Source: a virus | Lineage: Duplodnaviria; Caudoviricetes | DNA length: 36,704 bases | Strand: one strand, 5' to 3' | IMG/VR virus record: IMGVR_UViG_3300033067_000438 | Coordinates: 1 to 36,704 of that record | Translations under genes and position numbers: made by a program | Part shown: positions 26,086 through 34,885 of the stretch, in pieces | How positions within the stretch are numbered: position 1 is the first letter of the stretch | Layout of the letters: every line of letters starts with the position of its first letter | The notes under the pieces: model-generated | The model's input: the letters and a program-made list of their open reading frames with translations, nothing else | Databases searched by the model: none | Told to the model about the DNA's origin: nothing

Positions 26086-28345
26086 TTATTTAAAGTTCCT
26101 TGAGACAAAGAAAACCGCTCATATACCGAGTGGTTTTGATTGTAATAATTTGCATGATGTTCTTTTTGATTTCCAAAAGGCAATAGTTAAGTGGTCATTG
26201 AAGCGTGGTAGATCAGCAATCTTTGCAGATACAGGATTGGGAAAGACGCTTAAGCAAGTTGTTTGGGCAGATGAAGTATCAAAACACACTAACAATAATG
26301 TTCTGATATTTGCGCCCTTGTGCGTAGCAATACAAACAAAGAATCTAGCAAAAGAGAAGCTTGATATTAATATACATTACACAAGATCACAAAAAGATTG
26401 CAAGCCAGGAATAAACATAACAAATTACGAGATGATGAATGAATTTGATCCATCAAAATTTCAAGGAATTGTTTTAGATGAATCAAGCATAATCAAATCG
26501 TATGATGGAAAAACAACTCAGGCAATAATAGACTTCTCAAGACTCATTCCGTATCGTTTGTCTTGCACTGCCACACCATCCCCGAATGACTTCATGGAGC
26601 TTGGTAATCAGGCTGAGTTTGTTGGTGTTATGAGCCGCGAAGAAATGCTGGCAATGTTCTTTATTCACGATGGTGGAGATACTGCAAAGTGGAGATTAAA
26701 AGGGCACGGAGAGCGCAAGTTTTGGGAGTGGCTGTCAACATGGGCGGTTGTTATTAGAAAGCCATCTGATCTAGGATTTGATGATACTGGATATGATCTT
26801 CCACCACTGATAATGCATGAGCATATACTTGAATCAGAATCAAATGATGGAAGTTTGTTTGCATCAGCAGCACAGGGATTAACCGAACAACGAAAGGCGA
26901 AACGTGAGAGTATGAATGATCGTATTGCTGCGGTTGCTGATATGGTTAATACATCTGATGATCCCTGGATGGTTTGGTGCCATTTGAATGATGAGAGTGT
27001 TGCTCTAGGAAAGGCAATAAATGATTCTGTTACTGTTGCAGGATCTGATTCTATGAAGCACAAAGAAGATTCTTTGATGGGGTTTTCTGATGGATCAATT
27101 AATAGATTGATTAGTAAAAGTTCTATATGTGGTTTTGGGATGAACTGGCAACACTGCAACAATACTGCGTTCGCTGGTATTGATAACTCATTTGAATCAA
27201 TGTATCAAGCCATAAGAAGGTTCTATCGTTTTGGTCAAACAAAGCCGGTGAATGTGCATCTTTTTTTATCTGAATCAGAAGTTTCTATACTTGAAAACAT
27301 CAAACGTAAAGAACGTCAACACAATGAAATGTCTGCTCGAATGGTTGAGCATATGCAAGAATTCATGAAAAAGGAGATTTTTGGAATGAAGCAAGAGAAG
27401 ACTGAGTATAAAAGAGATGTGGTAAAAACAGACAAGTATGAGATACATCTTGCTGATTGCGTGGAATTAGCTTCAGAGATTGATACTGGGTCGGTTGATT
27501 ACACTCTGTTTAGTCCGCCTTTTTCCTCAATGTATTGCTATTCCAACTCCGATAGAGATATGGGCAATAGTGATGGCGATGAATTTTACAATCACTTTAA
27601 ATTTCTTGTTGATGAAATGTTTCGTATCACTAGACCAGGAAGGCTATTGTCATTTCATTGCATGAATCTTCCTACATCAAAACAAAATGATGGGTTTATT
27701 GGTATTAAAGATTTTCGTGGCGAACTTATACGGATGTTTGTTGATGCCGGGTGGATTTATCATAGCGAAGTTGTAATCTGGAAGAACCCAGTTACAGCGA
27801 TGCAGAGAACCAAAGCACTGGGACTTCTACACAAAACTATACGCAAAGACTCATCAATGAGTCGCCAAGGCATACCTGACTATCTGGTAACAATGCGTAA
27901 GCCTGGTGTAAATGATAAACCAATACAGCATTATCGCGACGAGAAAGAATGCGTTGAGAATGACGGAGATGAAAGCAAAATATTTCTTGTTGATCTATGG
28001 CAACAATATGCAAGCCCTGTATGGATGGATATAAATCCATCAAGAACATTGCAATATCGCGCTGCACGAGATAACGAAGATGAGCGCCATATCTGTCCAT
28101 TGCAGCTTGATGTTATTGAAAGAGCATTGGAATTATGGACCGCAAAAGATGATGTTGTTTTCAGCCCATTCATGGGTATTGGTTCTGAGGGGTTCTGTTC
28201 TGTAAAAATGGGCAGGAAATTTATAGGATCTGAACTCAAGGAATCATATTTTAATCTTGCCGTTAACAATATGGCGGCAGCAGAAATGGAATCAAGTATT
28301 GAATCACAATCACTATTCGCGGAAGAAGAAAATGACAACATTTAA
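26078..28345 (+). CDS. SNF2-like helicase fused to an N4C/N6A DNA methyltransferase
   Basis: ADTGLGKT, LDESS, CTATPSPND, QAIRRFYRFGQ, then FSPPF (motif IV) and SPFMGIGS (motif I), beta-class order. Confidence 0.9.
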   Translation: MNDYLKFLETKKTAHIPSGFDCNNLHDVLFDFQKAIVKWSLKRGRSAIFADTGLGKTLKQVVWADEVSKHTNNNVLIFAPLCVAIQTKNLAKEKLDINIHYTRSQKDCKPGINITNYEMMNEFDPSKFQGIVLDESSIIKSYDGKTTQAIIDFSRLIPYRLSCTATPSPNDFMELGNQAEFVGVMSREEMLAMFFIHDGGDTAKWRLKGHGERKFWEWLSTWAVVIRKPSDLGFDDTGYDLPPLIMHEHILESESNDGSLFASAAQGLTEQRKAKRESMNDRIAAVADMVNTSDDPWMVWCHLNDESVALGKAINDSVTVAGSDSMKHKEDSLMGFSDGSINRLISKSSICGFGMNWQHCNNTAFAGIDNSFESMYQAIRRFYRFGQTKPVNVHLFLSESEVSILENIKRKERQHNEMSARMVEHMQEFMKKEIFGMKQEKTEYKRDVVKTDKYEIHLADCVELASEIDTGSVDYTLFSPPFSSMYCYSNSDRDMGNSDGDEFYNHFKFLVDEMFRITRPGRLLSFHCMNLPTSKQNDGFIGIKDFRGELIRMFVDAGWIYHSEVVIWKNPVTAMQRTKALGLLHKTIRKDSSMSRQGIPDYLVTMRKPGVNDKPIQHYRDEKECVENDGDESKIFLVDLWQQYASPVWMDINPSRTLQYRAARDNEDERHICPLQLDVIERALELWTAKDDVVFSPFMGIGSEGFCSVKMGRKFIGSELKESYFNLAVNNMAAAEMESSIESQSLFAEEENDNI

Positions 28346-29363
28346 TAAAACAGAATTAGCAGCTAAGTTTGGATTGGTTAAGAACGTTATAGCAAAGACA
28401 TCAACACTCAATCATTTGAAGATGCTTAATGTACGGGTCAACAAAAACAAATTCAAGTTGACTGGCAGCAATGGAGAGATACAAGTTACTGCAACAGGCG
28501 AATGTAATGGTAGTGAGTCATTCAATGTATGCGTTCTGCCGTCAACATTCTCTGTAATGCTTGGGTCTGCAAAAAATGACATTATCATCAGAGTTCAAGA
28601 TTCGGTAATGTCAACTCTAAGCGGGAAATCTACATTCAATATCTCATGTATTGATGGTGACTTATATCCACTGCTAAAGATTGATGGCAATGTTAATAAG
28701 TTCAACTTGAGAGAATTGATTGTATCGGTTTATAAAGGATCATCAAAGAATCAGTCAACACCGAATCTATGCGGAACATTGATTGATATAAAAGATGGTA
28801 TTGTTAATGCAGTGGCTACAGATTCACGGATTATGTTTGTCAACAAAGAAAGCATTAATGCGGAAGATTCTCAGGTTATTATTCCTAATTTATCAGCAGA
28901 ATATCTTGCAAGCAATGACACTGATGGATTCTTGGTGTCAGGAAATGCTTTAAAAGCAACATCAGAACAAAATAACATAGAAATAATATGCAAACTTATT
29001 GATGCTAAATATCCAGATTGGCGTAGGGTTGTATCTGTTTACGACAAAACATTTACTGTTGATCTTGATGAGTTGGTTGGTGCAGTATCAACAATCAATA
29101 AGATTGAATCAATTGTTTCAGTTAATCTTAAATCATCTGATGATGTAATGAATGTTTCAGCAAGAGATAAGTCAGGACAATCATTCATGAGTGAGATTGA
29201 ATTTGATGGCGATGAAGTTGATATTGCAGCAAGTCCAGAAAATTTATTAAAATGTCTTCAATCTGTTGACTGCGATAAAATAACAATAGGATTTGATGAT
29301 AAGAAGGGAATTCAATCAATCAATGGTAATCATATGTTTTTCTTGTCTGGTTATAAACAATAG
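28332..29363 (+). CDS. DNA polymerase III beta sliding clamp homolog
   Basis: LTGSNGEIQV, AVATDSR, KLIDAKYPDWRRVV; 343 aa from ATG 28332. Confidence 0.85.
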   Translation: MTTFNKTELAAKFGLVKNVIAKTSTLNHLKMLNVRVNKNKFKLTGSNGEIQVTATGECNGSESFNVCVLPSTFSVMLGSAKNDIIIRVQDSVMSTLSGKSTFNISCIDGDLYPLLKIDGNVNKFNLRELIVSVYKGSSKNQSTPNLCGTLIDIKDGIVNAVATDSRIMFVNKESINAEDSQVIIPNLSAEYLASNDTDGFLVSGNALKATSEQNNIEIICKLIDAKYPDWRRVVSVYDKTFTVDLDELVGAVSTINKIESIVSVNLKSSDDVMNVSARDKSGQSFMSEIEFDGDEVDIAASPENLLKCLQSVDCDKITIGFDDKKGIQSINGNHMFFLSGYKQ

Positions 29364-29371
29364 GAGATTAA

Positions 29372-29584
29372 ATGACAGCAGATGATAAACAAGTTGGTGG
29401 CAATCATTATAAAGGTGATGCAATACAGCCTTGGAATTTCATAACATCAAATAATCTAGGGTATCTTGAAGGATGCATAATCAAGTACGTGTCAAGATAT
29501 AAAGACAAAAATGGGATAGAAGATTTAAAGAAAGCAGCGCACTATCTTGAAAAATTAATAGAAGTTGAGTCGAATAAGAAGTAG
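29372..29584 (+). CDS. DUF3310 family protein
   Basis: QVGGNHY...IQPW.FI..N.LGYLEG.IIKYV.RY..KNG.EDL.KA.HYL. Confidence 0.88.
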   Translation: MTADDKQVGGNHYKGDAIQPWNFITSNNLGYLEGCIIKYVSRYKDKNGIEDLKKAAHYLEKLIEVESNKK

Positions 29585-29589
29585 TAAAA

Positions 29590-29790
29590 ATGAATAATAT
29601 GCTAATAGATATATTGGTGGCAAATTATATCGATGCATTTAGATGCTCTGATGGTGGATATGTTCATAGATTCAGAGGGTGGATGATCCACGATAAAATG
29701 ACTCCGGAAGATCATCAGTTTGCATTTGATAAAGCTTGCATAATTTGGAGGAATAAAAAACATGCTAAAAGAATTAATAAATCATCTTAA
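29590..29790 (+). CDS. hypothetical protein
   Basis: 66-aa ORF in operon. Confidence 0.6.
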   Translation: MNNMLIDILVANYIDAFRCSDGGYVHRFRGWMIHDKMTPEDHQFAFDKACIIWRNKKHAKRINKSS

Positions 29791-29956
29791 AGAACCAGTT
29801 ATTAAGATGCAAATAACTAAGATGGATCAAGATACATTAACAGAACTTGATAAGCAAGATATTGTTGTTATGAATATGGGATCATTTTATATTGTATTAA
29901 CTTATTTATTTATAATTGTTAGTGGTATATTGGAGTATTACTATGTCTCACTATGA
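29762..29956 (+). CDS. small membrane protein
   Basis: GGAGG SD; C-terminal TM segment. Confidence 0.65.
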   Translation: MLKELINHLKEPVIKMQITKMDQDTLTELDKQDIVVMNMGSFYIVLTYLFIIVSGILEYYYVSL

Positions 29957-30206
29957 ACTAAAAATTGCACCAAAACACTTCAATCCTTTGTTTGAAGGAA
30001 GGAAAACGAATGATATTCGATTTGATGATAGGGGTTATCAGGTTGGTGATACCGTAACATTCAAAGAAGGTCAGCAAGAACTATCTGGATTTGAGTTTAC
30101 AGGCCGTGATATATCAGCAAGGATAAGCTACATAGATGACTTCGGTTGCCAGCATGGGTATATAAATCTATCATTGCAAGATATTGGATTGATGAGGATA
30201 GAATAA
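29943..30206 (+). CDS. DUF3850/ASCH-like domain protein
   Basis: ELKI.P..F..L.EG.KT.DIR.DDRGYQVGD...FTGR. Confidence 0.85.
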   Translation: MSHYELKIAPKHFNPLFEGRKTNDIRFDDRGYQVGDTVTFKEGQQELSGFEFTGRDISARISYIDDFGCQHGYINLSLQDIGLMRIE

Positions 30207-30207
30207 A

Positions 30208-30396
30208 GTGGATGACGTAGACTTCGCAAATGACAAAGCAGATAAAGAGAAAGACAATATCATTTCTCATCGTAGATTCCTAGCAGAACGGATGCCAAAA
30301 GGCAATGCAGGTGAGTGTATCTATTGCGGAGAATACTTTGAGCGCATAGTACATGGCGCGTGCGCTAGATGTAGAGATAGATATGAAGGATACTAA
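30208..30396 (+). CDS. TraR/DksA-like C4 zinc-finger protein
   Basis: N-terminal DDVDFA (DxxDxA) and C..C...C..C. Confidence 0.8.
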   Translation: MDDVDFANDKADKEKDNIISHRRFLAERMPKGNAGECIYCGEYFERIVHGACARCRDRYEGY

Positions 30397-30408
30397 ACAA
30401 ATATCTTG

Positions 30409-30436
30409 TTGCAATTAAATTATTATCATGTATAAT
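30409..30436 (+). promoter_or_regulatory. sigma70-like promoter
   Basis: TTGCAA-N16-TATAAT. Confidence 0.6.
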
Positions 30437-30444
30437 TGAAACAT

Positions 30445-30625
30445 AAAAGGTAGGCGGCAACTTTCCTAAGTGTTACCTCACGAAGCCAGAGATACCCTGA
30501 CGCTGGCTAGATTGCTGATGATGTTGGTTAATTGTATCCTTGATGTTTTCAGTGCAATTAACCGAACCAAAAACACCCAGGCCGCTGTAAATCATAACTG
30601 GGAAATCATCGGAAGTCAGGGTTTA
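30445..30625 (+). ncRNA. structured leader RNA with long-range pseudoknot
   Basis: Stems 30484-30489/30503-30508, 30515-30522/30605-30612, 30526-30536/30553-30563 and 30576-30580/30598-30602. Loop ACCCTGAC is complementary to GTCAGGGT (30615-30622). Confidence 0.55.
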
Positions 30626-30644
30626 TAATTTTTGGAGAGTAAAT

Positions 30645-30851
30645 ATGAGCGACTTAAAATATCAAACAATAGTGCAACTTAAAAAATCAAAAGCAGATAC
30701 AGAAGCGTATATACTTGAACTTCAAAGTAAGCTTCAAGGCCAGAAAGAAAGACTTAAATGGATTGATAAATACATATTTGAGAAGACTCCACAAGAATTA
30801 ACTATTGATCAGATAGAGTTATTACTTGGCCATAGAGTTATTATAAAATAA
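30645..30851 (+). CDS. small coiled-coil hypothetical protein
   Basis: GGAG SD; ends ELTIDQIELLLGHRVIIK. Confidence 0.75.
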   Translation: MSDLKYQTIVQLKKSKADTEAYILELQSKLQGQKERLKWIDKYIFEKTPQELTIDQIELLLGHRVIIK

Positions 30852-30866
30852 TCAAAAGGATATTTC

Positions 30867-31169
30867 GTGATGAGATACGTTAGTGAAGAAAGATTGCGTG
30901 TAATAGCTAATGCTCAGTATGGGAAAGAGAAGTGGTTATTGGAAAATATTATTAAAGAATGCAAAGAACTACCACCACCACAATGGCAAACGATAGAAGA
31001 ATTTAGGGCTAATCCTGTTGAAGGATGGTGCTGGGTTAAAGAGCAAGGATATGATGATATATTTATTTGTCATCATATGTATGGATTACTTTTTAGAGAT
31101 ATGGATGATAATCTTGTGTCAGGTGTCATCCACGTAATGCCAATCAAAACACCGGAAGCGACAAAATGA
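30867..31169 (+). CDS. DUF551-like modular protein
   Basis: VSEERL...IKECKEL...WQTIEE...HVMPI..P. Confidence 0.7.
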   Translation: MMRYVSEERLRVIANAQYGKEKWLLENIIKECKELPPPQWQTIEEFRANPVEGWCWVKEQGYDDIFICHHMYGLLFRDMDDNLVSGVIHVMPIKTPEATK

Positions 31170-31564
31170 CAAAACAAACGATTGAAGCACTGCCAGTACC
31201 AGAAGGTTATAGATTAGTTCAAGACTCGGTAAAGTGGAAAAGCAGCACAGAAGCAATAGTCACTTATCATTATGAAAAAATCAAGCCGCGCAGGATAGTG
31301 CTTGAGGAGACTGGGGAATTAAGGAGAGCTATGAAAGGTGAATGGTATCGTGGCTCAGACGACAAATCTTACTTTTATAACGACAGTGATACACCCACAA
31401 CACTTTCCTATAAAATTTTTATCGAAGCAGAGGAAACCGACTTATCGTTAACTAACGATGAGCCTAAGTTAAGTTTGAGCGTTGATGAGTGCAAAGAATC
31501 CCTAACTTATGCCCAGCCTTTGGAGATTGCAAGAAAGATGATTGAATTCACCAAGGATAAATGA
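31166..31564 (+). CDS. hypothetical protein
   Basis: 132 aa, ATGA-coupled. Confidence 0.7.
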   Translation: MTKQTIEALPVPEGYRLVQDSVKWKSSTEAIVTYHYEKIKPRRIVLEETGELRRAMKGEWYRGSDDKSYFYNDSDTPTTLSYKIFIEAEETDLSLTNDEPKLSLSVDECKESLTYAQPLEIARKMIEFTKDK

Positions 31565-31740
31565 TGACTATTGAGTTTGAGAAAATAGAAAAAAGGGTGC
31601 GAGTGTACCAGACAACCAGAAAAGGAATGAATTTTAATATTGGCAACATTAAAAGAACACATTTTGGTATTGAGTTTAATGGAATTACCTTAGAAGAACT
31701 TGAGCAAATCCTATCAAAAATGAAAGAATTGCAGAGCTAG
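31561..31740 (+). CDS. hypothetical protein (59 aa)
   Basis: MMTIEFEKIEKRVRVYQTTRKG...LEELEQILSKMKELQS fills the gap; AAGGA SD; not in ORF track. Confidence 0.65.
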   Translation: MMTIEFEKIEKRVRVYQTTRKGMNFNIGNIKRTHFGIEFNGITLEELEQILSKMKELQS

Positions 31741-31745
31741 TTTAA

Positions 31746-31940
31746 ATGATTAAGCGGTGCGGCACTTGTGAGTTCTGGGATAGACGAGACGGGGCAAGAG
31801 TTGATACGTCATTTACCCGTCCTCAGCAGCTTAAATCAAAATGTTTGCACGCTTTATCAGGGCACTTCGAGGAATGGAGATTATCATTGAATGATGGCCA
31901 AGACTGCCCCGTATACCAGGAGCGAAAAGATGCTAAATAA
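31746..31940 (+). CDS. small Cys-rich protein
   Basis: RCGTCEFW...C...G..CP.Y. Confidence 0.65.
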   Translation: MIKRCGTCEFWDRRDGARVDTSFTRPQQLKSKCLHALSGHFEEWRLSLNDGQDCPVYQERKDAK

Positions 31941-32004
31941 AATACTTTGTTGGATGTGGGGCATAAATATAACAATTTACCAAGCTACTATTTTGGAATG
32001 ATGT

Positions 32005-32220
32005 TTGGATAATATAGATGCAAACGCTGCGGAGCGCATAAGCATGGCAACTGACTGGAAAAAATTCACAGCAAGCAGAGAGCAGCTGGAAGAAATCAAC
32101 AATTCTAAAAGTTTCCAACTAAAACGCAAAGACGGTGAGATTAGTTTTGTATTGCACCCACCATTTGAGCCTAATGAAATGGACAATGAAACCACTGAAA
32201 GCTATATGATTTTGGAGTAA
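32005..32220 (+). CDS. hypothetical protein (start uncertain)
   Basis: ORF in the co-directional block; TTG start doubtful, ATG 32044 is an alternative. Confidence 0.45.
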   Translation: MDNIDANAAERISMATDWKKFTASREQLEEINNSKSFQLKRKDGEISFVLHPPFEPNEMDNETTESYMILE

Positions 32221-32222
32221 CT

Positions 32223-32612
32223 ATGAATACTGAATGGAAAGAGTACACCGGAAGCTATGAACAGATCACTGAGATGCGGAGGTGCAGGAATGGTTATAAG
32301 GTAAGAACAGACAATAATTATGTCGATGGACTAATATTTCATGACAGTCCAAGTGATTTAATTGGAATAGAAATAACTCACTACTTACTATGCAACCCAC
32401 ACCCACTAGCAGACATGATCTGCCAGCAAGCAGGGACTGGTCAGCCTGTTTGGATTAGGGTTACTAGAATCAATGATTGGGGTAGATATATTAAGGGGAA
32501 ATACTATGAGCCGGGGATTGAGATAGTTGAATATCAAGATCCAACAAATAATCCGAATTGGAACATATCAGGTGCGGAGTATTCATTTACACCATTTGAG
32601 GAGGAAGTATGA
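32223..32612 (+). CDS. modular hypothetical protein
   Basis: GGAG SD; ITHY then PHPLAD module and NPNW. Confidence 0.75.
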   Translation: MNTEWKEYTGSYEQITEMRRCRNGYKVRTDNNYVDGLIFHDSPSDLIGIEITHYLLCNPHPLADMICQQAGTGQPVWIRVTRINDWGRYIKGKYYEPGIEIVEYQDPTNNPNWNISGAEYSFTPFEEEV

Positions 32613-32686
32613 GTGAAACACAATTGTTGTGGATATTAATAGCTATTCTTGCATTTGCTATGTGGTCAGGCTGGACGGATGATTAA
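32609..32686 (+). CDS. 25-aa membrane peptide
   Basis: MSETQLLWILIAILAFAMWSGWTDD; GAGGAGG SD; ATGA-coupled. Confidence 0.55.
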   Translation: MSETQLLWILIAILAFAMWSGWTDD

Positions 32687-32688
32687 TT

Positions 32689-32937
32689 ATGAGTTCATGT
32701 GCGTCTAATGAAGATAATACCATTCCTGGGACTTGGAAATCACCAGAAATAAACTGGACTAACTGCGCAGAGCAGATGCCGCCTGATGATGAGATGATAG
32801 TGATAGTAAATCATTCTAATGAATATAAACTTCACAGGGCTATGGAATTATGGGCACAAATAACTATATATGGAGACCATACCACTTATACATGGACACC
32901 CTACTTAAAAGAAAAATGGGAGTATTTGAATAGATGA
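32689..32937 (+). CDS. DUF551-like protein
   Basis: WTNCAEQMP.D...VIV...WTP. Confidence 0.65.
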   Translation: MSSCASNEDNTIPGTWKSPEINWTNCAEQMPPDDEMIVIVNHSNEYKLHRAMELWAQITIYGDHTTYTWTPYLKEKWEYLNR

Positions 32938-33227
32938 CTATTGGGATAAGTAAAGAGAGTTTAGAAAAAGAGTTAATAGGCTGTTCCTTCCCTGAAAGAG
33001 TCTACGAGTTACATAGATTAATAAGGATGTGCAAAGAACTAAACCCTTGGCTGCCGATTGAGAATGCGCCGAAAGATAAAGATATATTGGTTTATGCGCC
33101 ATCTTATCAAGATTTAAGACATCTACAACAGGTGTGTAGATGGCATAATTCAGCAGGGTTTTGTATTGATGAATTACGCACACCAACACACTACAAAGAA
33201 TTACCGGAAGATCCAAAGGAGATTTAA
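32934..33227 (+). CDS. DUF551-like modular protein
   Basis: WLPIENAPKD..ILVY...PTHY..LPE.P. Confidence 0.8.
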   Translation: MTIGISKESLEKELIGCSFPERVYELHRLIRMCKELNPWLPIENAPKDKDILVYAPSYQDLRHLQQVCRWHNSAGFCIDELRTPTHYKELPEDPKEI

Positions 33228-33228
33228 T

Positions 33229-33420
33229 ATGTCAAGAATAGTGCAATCAAGTAATCATAATTTAGATTGGTATGATGAAAGGTTTATATTATGGAGTATG
33301 CCAGAACAAACATGCAAAGAAATTGCTAATATAATTAATAAATGTGAAGGTGAGAATTCAGCACATTATTACAAAGTTGTAGATAATGATTATGAACTTT
33401 ATATAGGAATGGTTCCTTGA
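33229..33420 (+). CDS. hypothetical protein
   Basis: AAGGAG SD before ATG 33229; YYKVVDNDYELY. Confidence 0.7.
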   Translation: MSRIVQSSNHNLDWYDERFILWSMPEQTCKEIANIINKCEGENSAHYYKVVDNDYELYIGMVP

Positions 33421-33425
33421 TAATA

Positions 33426-33785
33426 CTAAATCCTAAACTTACGCTTCCCTTCCCAAGCACTACGGCCAAGTAAACACACTCCAGCCCAACGCCACCAGCT
33501 AATAGGAGAGAATACACCAAGCTTGCTAAAACATTGCATACGCTTTCTGAATCTTCTATTAGCTTCCAAAAAGCTTATGACATGACCACAAAAATCATGA
33601 TGAGTGCGAAAATAAAAATCATGCTCCCAACAAGCCTTAACAAATATATCGGCAACACCTGTGCATCCATCCGATCTAGTATATGCCCAAAGAAGATCCC
33701 ATTCACGATCAGTAAACAAATCAGGATTATTAATTCTGAGTCTTGCTAAAAAATCATTTATAGTATCTTCATATTCATAGAACAT
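33426..33785 (-). CDS. phospholipase A2-like/DUF1353-like protein at the end of the lysis cassette
   Basis: SDGCTG...ACWEHDFYF...EAN..F...RWAGV..LG. Confidence 0.55.
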   Translation of the reverse strand: MFYEYEDTINDFLARLRINNPDLFTDREWDLLWAYTRSDGCTGVADIFVKACWEHDFYFRTHHDFCGHVISFLEANRRFRKRMQCFSKLGVFSPISWWRWAGVCLLGRSAWEGKRKFRI

Positions 33786-34371
33786 TCATAAACTCCTCAA
33801 AACGTTTTTGTCTATCTTCAAGACCATTAAAACCACCATTTATTACTTTAGTAATTCTAGCAACAACATTCTGATCCTGACCCTCATCAGCAATATCATT
33901 TAGACCATGATGATTCCAGAACCATGCAGCAGATAATAATGTATATTCTGTAGCAACCAACTCAGGATTGATTATCAAATTACCCGTAACTTCTTTATCA
34001 AACTTAGTGTAATTGTCTTTTCCAGTTAATTGTATGTATCCTCTACCACGATAAAACCATCCTTCCAAACTATCCTCGTCACCATTCCCCATGCGATTAG
34101 CATACACACGAGACGCAATCTCGATAGGTTTTCTGGCATATGATTCAGCATTACCTGAATTAAAGTATTTAGGAAATACTACTAACAATGCTTCTTTTGA
34201 ATAGTTAAGATTCTCTTGGGTTTGAGTAAATCCATTTGATTCGTGTGAGCATTGAGCTAGAAAATGAGCCAGTCGTAACTTTGAGTCGATATTGTATTTA
34301 GGTATTACATCAATAAGTTCATCAAATGCTTTTTCTGGTATGTGGTTCTTTAGTGTTGAGTAGTCTATCAT
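33775..34371 (-). CDS. endolysin, glycoside hydrolase family 19
   Basis: LAHFLAQCSHES, ENLNYS, YANRMGNG, YRGRGYIQLTGKDNY, ITKVINGG.NGLEDR. Confidence 0.93.
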   Translation of the reverse strand: MIDYSTLKNHIPEKAFDELIDVIPKYNIDSKLRLAHFLAQCSHESNGFTQTQENLNYSKEALLVVFPKYFNSGNAESYARKPIEIASRVYANRMGNGDEDSLEGWFYRGRGYIQLTGKDNYTKFDKEVTGNLIINPELVATEYTLLSAAWFWNHHGLNDIADEGQDQNVVARITKVINGGFNGLEDRQKRFEEFMNVL

Positions 34372-34883
34372 GGCACGATATTTAAAAGTTGTTCGCACTT
34401 TAGCTTTAGTTGATTATCTATAACATCAATCACTTGGTTAAGCTGTCGTAAAGTTCCTGGCGATAATTCCGCTTCACCAATTCCTGTAGTTCCTGACGTA
34501 ATTTTGGATCTACCTTGATCTGTTCCGGGCATGGCGTTGCTACAGGAACTTGCTGTATTGGTTTTGACGCGCAAGCTGGTAGCAGCAGTATTGCGCTGAG
34601 CATCGTAATGATCCATATATGTTTTGATTGCATTTTGAACTCGCTCCGATTGTTCTGTGTTGAGTTTGTTTACTTCATCTTGCCTTGCAAGTTTAAAGTG
34701 TTCTGCATCAATCCTAAATTCTTCTTTGGATTTGTTGCATTCAGAAATTGCTTTATCATGAGCGACAACAGACACCTCATGTTTCCAATAATAATATCCT
34801 GCCACCAATGACAAAATGACACCAAGACCGATTAAAATCTTAGTGCCATATTGAGCAAGTAGCAATGCTAATTGCGGAGTCAT
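34368..34883 (-). CDS. Rz: inner-membrane spanin (Rz-like)
   Basis: N-terminal TM, periplasmic coiled-coil, embedded lipoprotein gene, adjacent to endolysin. Confidence 0.8.
   Translation of the reverse strand: MTPQLALLLAQYGTKILIGLGVILSLVAGYYYWKHEVSVVAHDKAISECNKSKEEFRIDAEHFKLARQDEVNKLNTEQSERVQNAIKTYMDHYDAQRNTAATSLRVKTNTASSCSNAMPGTDQGRSKITSGTTGIGEAELSPGTLRQLNQVIDVIDNQLKLKCEQLLNIVP
34430..34633 (-). CDS. Rz1: outer-membrane spanin lipoprotein (Rz1-like), fully embedded in Rz
   Basis: Alternative frame inside Rz; lipobox LLPAC followed by Pro-rich ASKPIQQVPVATPCP. Confidence 0.8.
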   Translation of the reverse strand: MQSKHIWIITMLSAILLLPACASKPIQQVPVATPCPEQIKVDPKLRQELQELVKRNYRQELYDSLTK

Positions 34884-34885
34884 GA

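Noticed and set aside
30515-30612. Hammerhead ribozyme from CTGATGA
   Set aside because: No correctly placed GAAA after stem II; CTGATGAT instead pairs with ATCATCGG
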